63,503 nucleotides of DNA, filler included, from Conidiobolus incongruus B7586 (GCA_000697335.1; 11 parts of 11 records of this genome joined end to end with filler, not necessarily neighbours in it); one strand, 5' to 3'. Shown: positions 1-14,289, counted from the whole stretch's first letter. A program made the numbers and translations. Notes: generated by a model not told the origin, from the letters alone.

Positions 1-3000
1 AATATATTTTGAAATATATATATAAAAGTGATTTTTTATAAAAATCTATATATTTGAGACTTTAATATATTTTCTTTAAAAGATTATAATTTAATAAATT
101 CAAATTTATAATTATCAAATAATCTATTATTTAATATTATATATTAATAAATTTATTTAGTAAATATAAATATATTGTATTAAAATAAAAATATTTATAT
201 ATTAGTTTTGTTCCTTGTTTTTGTTTTCTTGAATTTGACTTTAATTATTATAATTGGATTTTTGTATCAATATTATATTGATAACGTTATTAAAAATATA
301 GCATAAGGAAATAATTGCTAATTTTGAAGTTTAATTTCCTTGAAATTACTTCTGTTGTGTTTTATATTAAGTTTTATAAATAAAGATGGTAGTTAGAAAA
401 GTACTCAAAATATGATTTAGTAAATTATTTATTAATGCTGCTCTTTAACGTATCGGGACTGTAGGTTTAAATAATTGAATCAATGAATGATATGGGATTT
501 GGATAAAATCCAATAAAGAAAATAAAGAGAACAAAGAGTATCCTTCAATTATAGACTGACAAAGCCAGCTTAAAATAGAAATAATATTGGTTTAGCTATC
601 AAACTGGAAGAGATGATTAATTTTGAAATACAACACTTCTATTTTAATTAATCAAATCTGGTTATTTTGAATTAATTGGAAGTATTTATTTCCAAAATAA
701 AAATAAAATTCTTTTTTAAATAATATATATTAAAAAGAATTATATAATAATTTTAATAAATACATATTAATAGACTTTTAATATTTTTGAATAATAATTC
801 AATCTATCCTGAATAACAGATGATATAATTTTAATGATTTAAAATGAAGCCTTTATTAAAAAAAGTTGTTGATTGTTTCTTATATAATCAACTAATTATT
901 AATTTTAATAATTAATCAAAATTAAACTGTAGTTACACTATGAATTGGAATAAAAATTTATATAATCGTTTTAAATCATGAAATACTATATTTTGTCTTT
1001 ATATTTTGAATAAAGAAAAGATTTATAATTTTAATAAGAATTGTTTTAGCTATTTGTTTATTTATAATTTTATAAATTGAATTGTAATTTTTTGATTTAT
1101 ATTATATATGGCTAATTAATGATTAGTATTTTGAAATTAGCATTAATAAAATTGACCAATTACTATTATTATTTCTATTTAAATACACATTCGACATATT
1201 ATATCAGTGATATATATATATATTAATATATTTAATTTAATTTTTCTATTATGTCAAATATATACACTTTATATCCAAATAATGATTCACATTGGTCCTA
1301 TTGACCAATCGAGTCAAACATTTTATCAATTATTTTAACTAAATAAAAATTTGGTGAAATGGTTTACGAGTAATTAGATATATTGATACTAATTATTTCT
1401 AGGGTTCATTCCCTAGAGAGATCTTTTAGACTATGCTAATTACAACGGATGGATGATTCACAGTATCAATCCAATTGGCCATTTGAATTATATTGGATTC
1501 TTTTTTATATAAATTGTTTCTTTAACAATCATTAAATATTTCTAATTTCCAAAATATAATATAAATGCTTCTAATATAAATATTCAAACATTAAGTTTTT
1601 TTTGCTCAAAATATCTGTGTCACTGGAATATTAACGTATATTTTAATAATTTAACAAATTTAGGATAATAAAAATTTATTATTCTAATTTTGAACACAAA
1701 AATTGAGCTACAGATATAATGTCGAATTTGTTTAAAAGAACGTTTAGATTTTGAAGACTCGGGTGATAGGCGATTGTATTACATTTTGGGAAACAGTGAT
1801 ACTATATCATTGCTTACAGTTATAGTTATGAATACTGAATGGATGATATATATAATATAGATCCAAAATGATTATTCATCTCTACCAACTGATATATTTT
1901 ATATTAACTTTATAAACTAAGAATATAATTGTATAAAAAATTATACTGCTTGCATGTACAAAATATAATAATTTAAAATAATATAGTTTACAAAATGGAT
2001 TAATGACTTTTTAAATTAGTATATTATATTATTAATTGCTAATATCGTACTATTGGAGTAAAATGTTAAAATGCACACTTATATAAAGATATATTTATTT
2101 ATTTTAAATTTATATTTAAGCAAAATAAAGTTAGAACAAGAATAACACAATATTAATAGATAATAACTTCCTTGTTTTTTAATATTAGAATATTATATTA
2201 ATAGTAATTGCTTAACATTTTAAAAAAGTTATTATAATTTATCTTCAAAATAACACCTTTAACTTTGAAATATAAAATTAAAATATTATAAAAATTTTTT
2301 TCCTAAATTTAAATACTTTATTTCACCAAAATATATATAATTACAGAAATTCATCTCTGGTGAGTATAATAGATATGATAATAAAGACCAGTTCTTTTCA
2401 ATAAACACATCTTTTATAACTTTTATTAAATTAATATAGTTATTTTTAAATAAAATAAATGAAATTTTGATTAAGTTTTTTTACATCAATATATAAAATT
2501 AGTTTTTAAGATTTAAAATATATTTTAATTTATGATAAATACTAGTTAATAATATTTAATCAAATAATATATTATTAATATCCATATTTAATAATACCAT
2601 ATTCTTTTTTTCAATTAATTTTTGTTTTATTCTTTGATAATAGAATTTATATCAAAGTTTAAAATTAATTTATTATAGTAATTTTTCAATATAGTAAAAT
2701 AAGTATTATAATAATATAGATATATATTAACAATGTTTTTTATCTGTTAAATTTTTATTTCAAATATATAATACCTATATTGCTATTTTTTTAAATATTT
2801 TAAAATGATTTTTTAAAATAATAATAGTATTAATATTAAATTATAAAAATTATACTAGTTTGTATATTGAGATATATATGTGAAATTTAAAATATTTCTT
2901 GATTTTATTTATATTTCTTTAGTTAATAATTTAAAATAATTTGAACAAGGTAAATTTTTTATATTATATCCTATGGCTTTGAGTTGATTAAACTAATTTG

Positions 3001-4784
3001 CAATATTATTTTTTATAAGCATTTTGCCACTAATTGTTACTTAGATATTTTTATAGAAAGTTGATATAGAATATTGTACATAGAATGATAATTTGATTAA
3101 TTATCTCTATTTGACTTAGGTAAAATTTAAAATTATATTATTTTCAATTATTTTTTTTATTGAAATTCACTTAGAAAGTTATATATATATATATATAGTG
3201 ATTATAATAAATTATTAGATCACTTACTATTATTGAAAAAATATTAAAATTATAGTTGAATAATCATGAATCATAGAATATTATTTGATATAAGTATAAG
3301 AAATTACTTTTTGAACTGCCAGATAGAGCTATATTTTCAACAACACAATCAATTTTATTATTCAATATTTCAGAATTAATTAAATTTTGATAATATTTTT
3401 GATAAAACAAAATCGCAAAAATTGAAAAAACATTTATTATTCAATTTTTTTAAACAGTGAATAAAATTAACATAATGTAATATTAATTTAATGATAAAAT
3501 ATGTTTTGAATTATTATTTGATATTATCATGATGTGAAATAATACACTTTTTCCATTCCTTCAACATTATTCCCTAACCTAGTAGCCATGACTAGTATGA
3601 TATCACAAATGCTTATTTTAATAGAATTTCACCCCTGCTCCGATTTTTCTTTGTCTAATAATTCTCCTTTCTTCCTCCAACTTTCTTTGTTCCTTTTACC
3701 TAAAATAGGACTCGCACCATTTGACATTAATAAATCATCTATTTTACTTCACATACATCTTCCTGCTCCATATCCTACCCAACTTTATGATCACACAGTA
3801 GCTACTGTTGTCGCGCGAGGTCTTTTCGAGAATGCTCTCCTCTTCGTTAGCTTGTTTCTTCAAGTCATTGAACTCGTATTGCTGGAAAAACGACCGCCAT
3901 AGCTCTTTGAGAGCCCATATCCGTGAAAATTATCTCAAATAAAATTTCCAAATATAACTGAGTAGTATTATTTCAATTAATTGTGAAATGTTATATTAAG
4001 AATATGCTTCTCAACATAATATAATTCAAAATTATCATAAATTATATTAATTTTGACGAATAATTAATAAATCAGTTTATATTTAAGATTGAATACATTA
4101 TAACTTATAGTCAATCAAAGTATATATATGATCAAAAACAGTGTTAGTTGTGAACTAATTGCCTTAAATTCGTAACCAGTTATATGAATATCATTATATT
4201 TGAATATAATTTTTTGGTAATTTCACTAATTTATTATTTATTCTATTTAATATTAGATTAAAAATTATTTTGATTTTATATATATATTTAATTAGAATGA
4301 TTTTTAAATCAACATATAATAAAATAATCTGCTTTAATAGAATGTTTAATATTTTATTATATTTTAATATAATTGAAAAAGAAATAAATTTGTTAATTTA
4401 TCAACTATTAGATATTAAAAATCAATAATATAGAGCTTTAATAAGATTAATAACAATAGACATTTAAATAAAAATATATCGAATAGTTTAAAAATATATA
4501 TATAATTTAATTTAGGTAGATTATTTAAAAATTTATATTGAATAAAAAAATTGATCAGGTGAACAAATTATTAGAATAATTGGATAAATAGTTGTATATC
4601 TAAGGAATTGACCAATAAAACTCAAAAGTTAATATCAATATGACAAAATGTAATTACACATTAATATTCTAATTAATATACAATTTACTGGTCCTTTTCC
4701 GACTACACTAGATCGGCATCAAATACCAACGGTCTTTTGACAAGGTTTCAACCTCTATCCCCTCCAGCACTTTAGATCAACATA

Positions 4785-6195
4785 ATGGATAACCTTTTAT
4801 TCAGAGGAACTCTCGAAGGTAATAACAAGTTTACCAACCTAGTTCATTAGGTACGCTAAATCAGCATCAGAAATCAGCGGGATTAAATGTCAAAAGATCA
4901 ACTGCAAAAATAATATAGAATATGAAAAAATTAATACATACATATAATAATAGATAATAATTAAATACAGATAATCATATGGATGCTTAAGATAATGATA
5001 ATAATACAATACAAAAATTTAAATATAATATAAACGAGCTGATGAACAATTAGATTTAAAAATCAATTTTAAATTAATCAATGTGATTACTTACTAGTAA
5101 TATTATAGGTCACGACGGATGGGTCACTGCTATCCAAACCACCGAAGACCCTAATGTCTTAATCTCCGCTTCTCGTGATAAGAAGATCATCGTTTGGGAT
5201 CTCCAACGCGATGAATCCAGCTACGGTCAAGCCCGCCGTGCTTTGGTTGGTCACAACCACTTTGTCCAAGATATTGCTGTCTCCTCTGACGGTCAATTCG
5301 TCCTCTCTGCCTCTTGGGATAAGACTCTCCGCCTCTGGGAAATCGCCACTGGTAAGACCATCCGTACCTTCCAAGGTCACACTAGTGATGTCTTGTCTGT
5401 CTCTTTCTCCGCTGACAACCGTCAAATCGTCTCTGCTTCCCGTGACCGCACCATCAAGTTGTGGAACACTCTCGGTGAATGCAAATTCGATTTCACTCAA
5501 GACTCCCACACCGAATGGGTCTCCTGTGTCCGTTTCTCCCCCAACCCCTCCAACCCCGTCATTGTCTCCTCCGGTTGGGACAAATTAGTCAAGGTCAGTA
5601 TCTTGCCGACTAGAATTTTTGATATGATGTTATTTTATAATATTTGCTACTTCAGAGTGGGCCGCGGGCCTACTATGAGATACACCATACCACAATATCT
5701 GATTTTTCTTTATTATTTTAATATTCTTTATATTTTCAAGAAAATAGTCACTAAAAATTATTATATATATAGGTTTGGGACTTGAACAAGTGCAAGCTTA
5801 AGACCAACCACATCGGTCACTCTGGTTACGTTAACACCGTCACTGTCTCTCCCGATGGTTCTCTCTGCGCCTCTGGTGGTAAGGACGGTATTGTCATGCT
5901 TTGGGATCTCAACGAACGCCACCACTTGTACTCTTTGGAAGCTGGTGATATCATCAACGCTTTGGTCTTCTCCCCCAACCGCTACTGGTTATGTGCCGCT
6001 ACTGCCTCCTGCATCAAGATCTGGGATTTGGAATCTAAGTCTATTGTTTCTGAACTCCGCCCCGAATTCGTTGGTGTCGGTGAAAAGAGCAACGATCCCG
6101 AATGTATCTCCCTCGCTTGGTCCGTTGACGGTACCGTCCTCTTCGCCGGTTACACCGATAATGTTATCCGTGTCTGGGGTGTTACCAACGCCTAA
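4785..6195 (+). CDS. RACK1: RACK1/Asc1/Cpc2 WD40 40S ribosomal scaffold protein, 3 exons (4785-4818, 5109-5593, 5773-6195), 313 aa
   Basis: Spliced translation [22 protein letters not shown]...SASRDK...GHNHFVQD...[11 protein letters not shown]...[13 protein letters not shown]...[17 protein letters not shown]...[14 protein letters not shown]...[12 protein letters not shown]...IRVW. Both introns are GT..AG and preserve frame. Strong codon bias of a highly expressed gene. Confidence 0.98.
5619..5707 (+). ncRNA. U24: Intronic C/D box snoRNA, U24/snR24 homologue, in RACK1 intron 2
   Basis: C box ATGATGT (5624-5630), guide ATATTTGCTACTT followed by D' CAGA (5653-5656), GC hairpin gtgggccgcgggcctac, C' ATGAGA (5675-5680), D box CTGA (5699-5702). 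The C box, guide/D' and C' strings match yeast snR24 as I recall it, and snR24 also lies in the ASC1 intron. Confidence 0.9.
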
Positions 6196-7031
6196 ATGGG
6201 ATCCGATTTCGAAAATAAATTCAAACTGGACTCAGGTATATAATACATTCCTTCATTTGTACTCAATCAGCATATTTAGATTACATTATCTAATCAATTC
6301 TTTATTCTCTAACCTATATAAATATAATTAACACATTTTATATTAGTCAACTTTTGCTTCAGTTCTCTTTTCATCCACATTCTTTTCCTACTCAATAATC
6401 TCAATTCTACTCTTTATTACAACCCATTTAACTATTTACCAAAATATAGTTTTCAATTTTTGCGATTTTATTAATACATTCAATATTTGCTTTATATTAT
6501 CACAATTTTCTTCAGTACATTTTAATTTAATTTGATTAATATTTAAATTTTGTCCAAATCTAATGTTCTAATATAAATAATTTGAATCTCAAATAAACAT
6601 AAATTCAAATCTATTATAATTTAAAAAATAACAATAACAAATTGATTAATTAATATATCAATAATCATATTTGACTTAATTAGTAATTTTAATATTTAAT
6701 ATAAATATATTTTACAATAATTATAATTATATTAAAATATATAAGATGTTCATAGGAGAAATTTTTACTTGAAAAATTGACTGAATGATATTAACTTTAA
6801 ATATTTTAAACTTTTAAAAGATTTTTTAAGGTTAATACACTTATTCAATAAAATAATTAATCATACCTAAATATTACACATTTATTAAATTTATATTTAA
6901 TTGAATAAATAATTAAATATAGTGGGAAATTATAATAATATAACTTTATTATATTTATACCATTTTTTTATGAAAAATATAAATATTGAAATTTTAAGGA
7001 TAAATTATATTTTTCATATTATATAATTTTT

Positions 7032-7131
7032 NNNNNNNNNNNNNNNNNNNNNNNNNNNNNNNNNNNNNNNNNNNNTTAATTAATTAANNNNNNNNNNNNN
7101 NNNNNNNNNNNNNNNNNNNNNNNNNNNNNNN
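7032..7131. other. Artificial scaffolding linker N44-TTAATTAATTAA-N44 (also at 13998, 20395, 22337, 26805, 36833, 39075, 45123, 51061, 53957)
   Basis: The identical 100-nt block occurs ten times; TTAATTAATTAA gives stops in all six frames. Confidence 0.98.
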
Positions 7132-8576
7132 TAAATAATAATAATTATAAAAAACCTATAATTATTTAAATAATAAAACTTATACTTCCAAATTGAATAA
7201 TTTTTTATATTATATTCTATTTATAATTTGAATATCATCAAAAATTTATAGTTATTTTATATAATGTAATTTGAATTATTAATTATTGATTATATTATTA
7301 TAATTTTTTGTATATATTGATATATCAATGTAATTATTACCTACCAGGAATGTTTTATAAATGACAAAAATGAAAATATTGTTTAAGATTCAAAACAAGA
7401 AAGTAATTTAGCATTACTTCATTCAATTCATGTAAAAGGATCCTATTAGAATTTTTAATCCCTTTCTCTCCCTCTCTCCCTCTAAATATATATATCAAAA
7501 TTTTTAATCTTTGGAACGTGATATTAAACAAAATGATTAATTAAATAGACAAGAATCAAAACTTTTTTAATTTGTAATATATGCAAATTAGAAACATATT
7601 TTTAATAAACCAAGCAAAAAAAATATTGAATATATAATTAATTATTAAGGTATTCAAAATTATATTGTAATATTCTAAATAAATTTGAATAATCTTGTTA
7701 GTTAATAGAGATATTTAATATTTTTAATTTGAATGTAATATTCAATATATTCAATTATTTTTTAATATTTTAATAAGTATATTCCATTAATTATTTTTAA
7801 TTAATAATATTAATATAATAATTTTATAGGTATAATTATCATTAAATTAATAAAACCTTTTTCATATTTTTAAAAAATTTATATCAAGTCAAAATATAAT
7901 ATTATATTAAATTTTAAATTAAAAAAATTCTTAATAATTAATTAATACTTTATTGAATATTAGGAATTATAAAATTTTTTTGTTAAATTATAATAATAGT
8001 AATCTTTATAAATGAAATAGTGTATAATTATCTAAGTTGATATTGTTTTTATTTATAACTAAAGTTGGTATAATTATTTACCAATTAATCAATATAATAA
8101 TCTTATATTCTTTATTCAGCTCTATTTATTATGGATTGATTAGATCAAATTGATAAAATCAATTTAGATTATTTATTGATATTTCGATGTGAAAGATATG
8201 ATTTTAAAAGATAAAATTGTAATCAATGTATATATTAATTTTATTTTAAATGTTATTAAATAAGTAATTTTCTTAATGATAGTTAACACTTAATTTATAT
8301 GAAAGATTTAGGAGTAATATACTCAAATATAATTGGATATGAATTTATATTATTGAATTTAAAATTGAATTCTGAATCTAAAATATATCGGAGGTTAAAG
8401 TATGATTAAAAATCAAGTCAGATTTGTTTTGACCATGTTTACTAATTTATAAATATAAGCTTTGATATGGACATTAGAGGAATGAGTCGAGTTAATTCTA
8501 GGTGATAAACATATATAAAATTAATTAATTTAAATCGTTTTAACTTTTAATTAAAAAATTTTTTTCCATTTAAAAC

Positions 8577-8987
8577 TTAAACTCTCTCTTGAGCTACAGG
8601 GTTCCAATGTTCAACCTTAGGTTTAACAGTGGAGTAAGGACGATAAGCTTTCTGAGGTTCACCACTGAAATTTTCAGCCCACTTCCTAGTGACCCATTTG
8701 GGTTGAACATCAACTTCGTTGGAGGCAGGAGGGTCTTGATGGAGACCATATAACCACTTATGCCACTCGGCGGGAATTTGACTGGCGTCGAAATCATAGG
8801 CAGCATACTCGACGTGACGGTGCTTGGGGAAAATTTCACCTACATCTTCGTAGTATTTGTTACCAAGTCTATCAGTACCAACGTAAACACCACCCTTAAC
8901 TTCTTTAATAACCCATAACTGTTTGAAAGTTCTTAATAAACTGCCATGGTGACTGAATTTACGTACCCAATTACCTAATGATGCCAT
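8577..8987 (-). CDS. NDUFA12: NADH:ubiquinone oxidoreductase subunit NDUFA12 (B17.2/N7BM family), intronless, 136 aa
   Basis: Motifs GVYVGTDRLGNKYYE, RHVEYA, DASQIPAEWHKWL, ENFSGEPQKAYRPYSTVKPKVEHWNP typical of the family. Confidence 0.95.
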   Translation of the reverse strand: MASLGNWVRKFSHHGSLLRTFKQLWVIKEVKGGVYVGTDRLGNKYYEDVGEIFPKHRHVEYAAYDFDASQIPAEWHKWLYGLHQDPPASNEVDVQPKWVTRKWAENFSGEPQKAYRPYSTVKPKVEHWNPVAQERV

Positions 8988-10524
8988 ATTTTTACTTTCA
9001 CTTTTATATTTGTTAGTAATTAATAAAATTAAAAGTAATTTTGGTTGGTGATTGGGAAAGAGTGTAATTAAATAGTTTATAATAAAATTATGGGATTTGA
9101 TCCAATTTTGTTATAATTATCCTTTTGTAAATGTTTAATTTTAAAGACCTTTTATTCACCAATTAAATTATTAATTTGAAATTATCTTATAATTATCATA
9201 AGATCCAATATATTTAAATATATATTAATTTGTTTTTGTAAATTTGATCTGTTTACAGAATATTTAAAATACAAAAAATAATTAATGCTATCAATCACGT
9301 TGATAAATTAGGAGTGATATTATTTAAATTCATTTACTATATTGGATTAAATAAGGCCAAATATATTTATATAAATTATTCAATATTCACAAAAACTGGA
9401 TTACGCTATAATGATGTTAGTAATTCTGTATCATTAGTTTAATAGTTATATTAGATTTAGTAAATACGCCTTACATGATTTTTCTCTGACTTGTAATATA
9501 AATCGTTTTGATCCGTATTTTATTTCATTCAATATAATTTATCTTGATTTTTAATTTAATTTCAATAACTGAATTCATGGTAAGCCATTTTAATTATTTT
9601 GTCGATTGATCAACTCACAATTATAAAAATATTTATATAAATGTTAATTTAACAAATGAACTGGTAAGAATAATTGTACTTTCATTGATTTATGTTTATA
9701 TGTCAAATTTTCGATTAAATAATCGATTTTTTTTCAATTGGAATATTATGTATATATAATGCATTTTTATTGGTTTCTATCAGTGTTTATTTATATTATT
9801 CTTTTATCAACTTATAAATATTTAAATAAAATTCCACACATATTAAAGATATAATAAATTATACATATATATTTACTAATTTATAAGAGATATATTAAGA
9901 TTATCAATAAAATAAATTAATAAATTTAAATTGTATTAAAAACAAAATAACCTTTATATTTGATTATTTACTATTGTGTCATTTTCAAGAAATATGGATA
10001 TCACTAAATATTTTTATTTTTTTTAATAAAAGCACGATTTCAGTAAATAAATAATATATTACCTTGATACTAAAATTATTAAAAAAATTTATATCCAAAA
10101 ACATAATTTATTGAATTCATTTATGCTGTTGCATTTGGTGTAAATTGATGGTAATTTTTAATAATAATTATTATTATAAAATTTTTATTATGGTTAAAAA
10201 GTAATAAATGCAAATTTTAGTTTTAATCCAAATTCAATTTATTTTTATATTTAATGAAATATATATTGAATATTCTATTTTTCAAAAATATATTATAATC
10301 ATAAATATAATTAAATTTGAAATTGTGGTCAATATTTACCATATCCAGTTACTAATTTGACATGCAGCAGTAACTCCTTAATTTATTATTATAATTCAAT
10401 ACTAATTTTATAACTGTATCAGATATAACTCTCCCATATGTTAAATGCATTATAAAAAAATACCATAAAACCGTCAAATCCATTTACATATTTGAATAAA
10501 CTTTAAATTAATAATATAAAATCA

Positions 10525-12912
10525 ATGAAACCCAAAGTTAAGAAAGTCAATAATAAAACACCACTTAATTATCCTGGTCAATTGTATGATAGTAATCAAT
10601 TTTCAAATCCTAAAGATTTGAGTAAAAGTGGCCTGTTTTTGAAGAGTACAAAATTATCAACTGAGCAACTGGAAACTTATTTTAGAAAGTTTAACATTAA
10701 AAAGTAATATTTATAGATAAAATGCTATTCAATCTCATTCTAAATTTATGTTATTTAGAGTGAATAATGTTAATTTGGAAGAGTATAAAGATATTCAATA
10801 TACTCTGGAATTTGAAACTATATTAGATGGTAATTATTCATCAACTTGATTTGAAAATTTATAATTAATTATATTTTAAAATTAGCTGAGAGAGTATACT
10901 GTTTATTCAATTCCAGTTACGTACCAGAACTCGAAAGTGTTTTAGAGCTATCCCCTGACATTTCCAACTTTTCGCTATTCTCCAAAACCTCTAACAAATA
11001 TATTAAAATTAGTAATATTTCTCAAAATGTGACGCCGTTAAAACTTTATCACGAGTTTCGAGTATTTGGCCCAATTGTGAATATTATTACAGGACAGACT
11101 TCGAGCAATAAAAATTGTGGGCCTTGTTATATTCTGTTTAAAAATGAAGATGATAGTACTAAAGCTGTTAAGCACAGAAATCAGAAGAAATTTTTTAAGA
11201 GTATCATGTAGTTTATTAACGTTAATACATTTGTTCATTGGCTAACACTTAATTTTAGCTATCTTTCACAATATGATGATTCTTTACCTACGAAAATTAT
11301 ATTAACACAACACGATCGATCTAATTCAAGTTCCAAATTCAATTCTCCAACAGAATTGAGATCACCTGTTGAATTACCTGCTGAACTTCCGTTTAGTCAA
11401 TCAAAAACAAGTAAGAAATCCAAGAAGAAGAAATCTAAGCAGAATAGCAAAATTAAGGATTTATTGGAGGCTGCTAACCATTCTGATCCACTACCAGATA
11501 GAAGTTTTACTGAATCCCCAAAGACCAATAGACCTACTTCAACAAGCCCTATTCACGATATCATAAAATCTGTCAAATTTCAACTTCCTAAGGCAGCTAA
11601 TGCCACAAACTCTACATTATCCAATGATCATCCAGACTCTGACCTTCCGCCAGTAATTAAGAGACCTATACCTGGTAGGTTAGGGCATTTGAGAAGTAAA
11701 TCATACTCATATCATGCTAGTATGGATCATGTCCCTGCAGACTCCAATCCAGAGCTTCCTTCTATGAATTCAATACTGAACAATCAGCAAAAATTTGTTT
11801 ATCAATATCTTCAATCCAACAATACCAACGTTAATGATCAAAAATCTATGCCAAATCCACATATGCGTACACCTTCTACCACTTATCAACAAGATTTGTT
11901 AATATCTCACCGTAAACCCATGCAAATGGGCTTCCATAGTCACTCCAGACATGCTTCATTAATGGATCCAGCACTCAATAGATCATCGTCATTTGAACCT
12001 CGAATGAATCAACAACCACAGCAACTCAAAGGTCATCTTTACGTTAGTAATCTACCCATCCGCATTGATGAAAACGCATTAACACAACTATTCCAACCGT
12101 TTGGTGAATTAACCAGTGTCAGAGTCATCAAAAACGAACTTGGGCAGCCCAAAGGTTACGGATTCGTCCAATTCCAAAACCTCGAAGACGCAGTCAAATC
12201 CATGGAAGCTTTGAACCACATGGAAATTGATGGTAACACCCTCCACATTGAGTTCGCAGCTTCAAAATCACAAAAGCAAGCAAAACTCATTTCACAACAG
12301 TCCAACATGCATTACTATTTTGAGAAATTTAATTATTCTAATACGGTCGAATTGCCCCATGTACCTAAGGAATCTGTATCGCAGCTTTTGTATCAAGTGA
12401 TCAGATTGAATATTGTTCACCAATCAAAGTTGGAAGCGGTCGTCAGTAATTTAATCGAATTTTATAATCAGGAAATTAATGTTTTGTTAAATGATGATAC
12501 TTACCTAAAAGAAAAAGTAAATTATTCAAATAATATTTCATTTAAATATACTTATTTTAACTTTAGGTTGCCGAATGCTACCAATTAGCTATTATAAGAA
12601 GTAAAAAATTTCAACCTAGCGTTAAACTCATTCAAAACATCAATTTGATTCAACAACGTTTATCCAAATCTAATCCTAAGTACTCTCAGGAGGAGATGGG
12701 TATTAAACTATTCGAATTTATTAATGTAAGTTATCAAATTAGATTTCAGCTTGTTACTAACTAATATTTAGTGTATGGGATTAAATCACCCTGTCGAAGT
12801 GTGTATTGAAATTATGAATGCAACTCAAAGTTTTGAAGATTTGATTCAATGTATTCAGTACCAGTCCAAAGAATTGCTCGATTTGTGTAATTTTTTGGAT
12901 AAGAAATTTTAA
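10525..12912 (+). CDS. Rrm4-like RNA-binding protein (RRM-RRM-linker-RRM-MLLE-MLLE), 6 exons (10525-10703, 10759-10829, 10886-11207, 11259-12516, 12567-12725, 12772-12912), ~709 aa
   Basis: Five 46-56 nt GT..AG introns join three ORF-track fragments into one frame. RRM2 YIKISNISQNVTPLKLYHEFRVFGPI...CYILF; canonical RRM3 LYVSNLP...KGYGFVQF; two C-terminal helical segments resembling MLLE/PABC (KESVSQLLYQVI...LIEFYNQEINVLLNDDTYLKEKV; QEEMGIKLFEFINCMGLNHPVEVCIEIMN). RRM1 is highly divergent. Confidence 0.8.
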
Positions 12913-13559
12913 ATTAATATTTATTAAACATTTTAATTCTTTTTAATTTAGTTTTTTTAGTATTACATTATTTTTTTAATATTTATGATGTTTTTCCAAT
13001 ATTACTTTGTTAATTAAACCATATTACTAAAACTAAATGCAATCAATCAAATATATTCAATTATATAGTAAATTAACTTTTTTGTCAATCTTAAATTTTT
13101 TAAATATATATAAATTGTCTTAACTATGTTCTTATAGATTAATATAATTTAAAATTAGCAAGATGATGAATGTAAGCTCTCTCAGTCAAATTTTAAATAA
13201 TAAAGCTAAATTAAACACGTCACCTTATTAAACTTGGTTTTGATATAATTAAGTTCAAAATCCCTTACCTTATAAAATTCAAATTTAATTCTCTAATTAA
13301 TATTTAATAAAAAAAATAAAATTTAGCTCAAATTAGGGCTTTTTATGATTGGGACAATAGTGAAATAATATCATGATTTTTATTTATTTCCATTTCTCTA
13401 TGTATGACATATAATTAATAATAGTTAAAAATATATAAAATATAACTATATAAATTGATTAAAAAAACTAATTTAAATATTAATAAACAGATAACCAAAA
13501 TAAGAAATTTTTAATTTGACAGACTTTATAAATATAAAAATTAATTTAAAATTAGTAAT

Positions 13560-13997
13560 TATTAACTTATAATAATGAATTATAATATCAAAATCACTTA
13601 TATTTTTATTAATAACTTAATCAATATTTAATTATATTAGCTTAAACTATATCATATAATTAAAGTATATTACTTCATTATATTATATTATATTTAATTA
13701 TAAATAATTCATTATTGACTATAGTATTAAATGGTAAAATTTAATTAAGATAGGTTAAAAATTTATAAATTTTGATAATAAAAGAAAATTAAAGTTGAAT
13801 ATATTTATCATTTATTTTTCTATCTTTCTAAAATATAAAATTAATTATATTTTTATATTAAATTTTATTAAATCTATTATAAACCTTTTAAATAAATATT
13901 AAAACTTATATAAATTTTATATTAAAAGGAAATTTTTAATTAGTTTTTAATTAAATTATAAAATTATTTGATAAATTTTATATTAAAATTAAATAAT
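13560..13997 (-). mobile_element. Degenerate 3' end of the Tc1 family element (gap-truncated; left boundary approximate)
   Basis: 13730-13900 (aattaagataggttaaaaatttataaattttgataataaaagaaaattaaagttgaatatattta...) aligns by eye with 37980-38120 and 52530-52680. Confidence 0.55.
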
Positions 13998-14289
13998 NNN
14001 NNNNNNNNNNNNNNNNNNNNNNNNNNNNNNNNNNNNNNNNNTTAATTAATTAANNNNNNNNNNNNNNNNNNNNNNNNNNNNNNNNNNNNNNNNNNNNTAA
14101 TTAAAAAAATAGCAAATTTTATTTTAAGCAAAAAATTTCAAATTATTTTAAATATATTATCTATATTCAAAATTATAATTTATATTTATAAATAAGAAAA
14201 AATAAGAAAAAGGCTTTGAACTAATAAATTATTTAATTAATTAAAATATATTTGATTTTTTTTAAATTGAATTAATACTTTATAATGGT

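Noticed and set aside
1280..1900. Slightly GC-richer patches with an intron-like GTAATT..CTAAT..TAG
   Set aside because: All frames are interrupted and no family is recognisable; at most an old gene relic.
4819..5108. Possible second snoRNA in the unusually long RACK1 intron 1 (ATGATA...CTGATGA near 4995-5045)
   Set aside because: The C box is poor and I recognise no guide sequence; an Infernal/snoscan search would be needed.
5159..6331. Overlapping and antisense ORFs 5159..5509, 5175..5588 and 5855..6331
   Set aside because: Shadow frames of the strongly codon-biased RACK1 exons.
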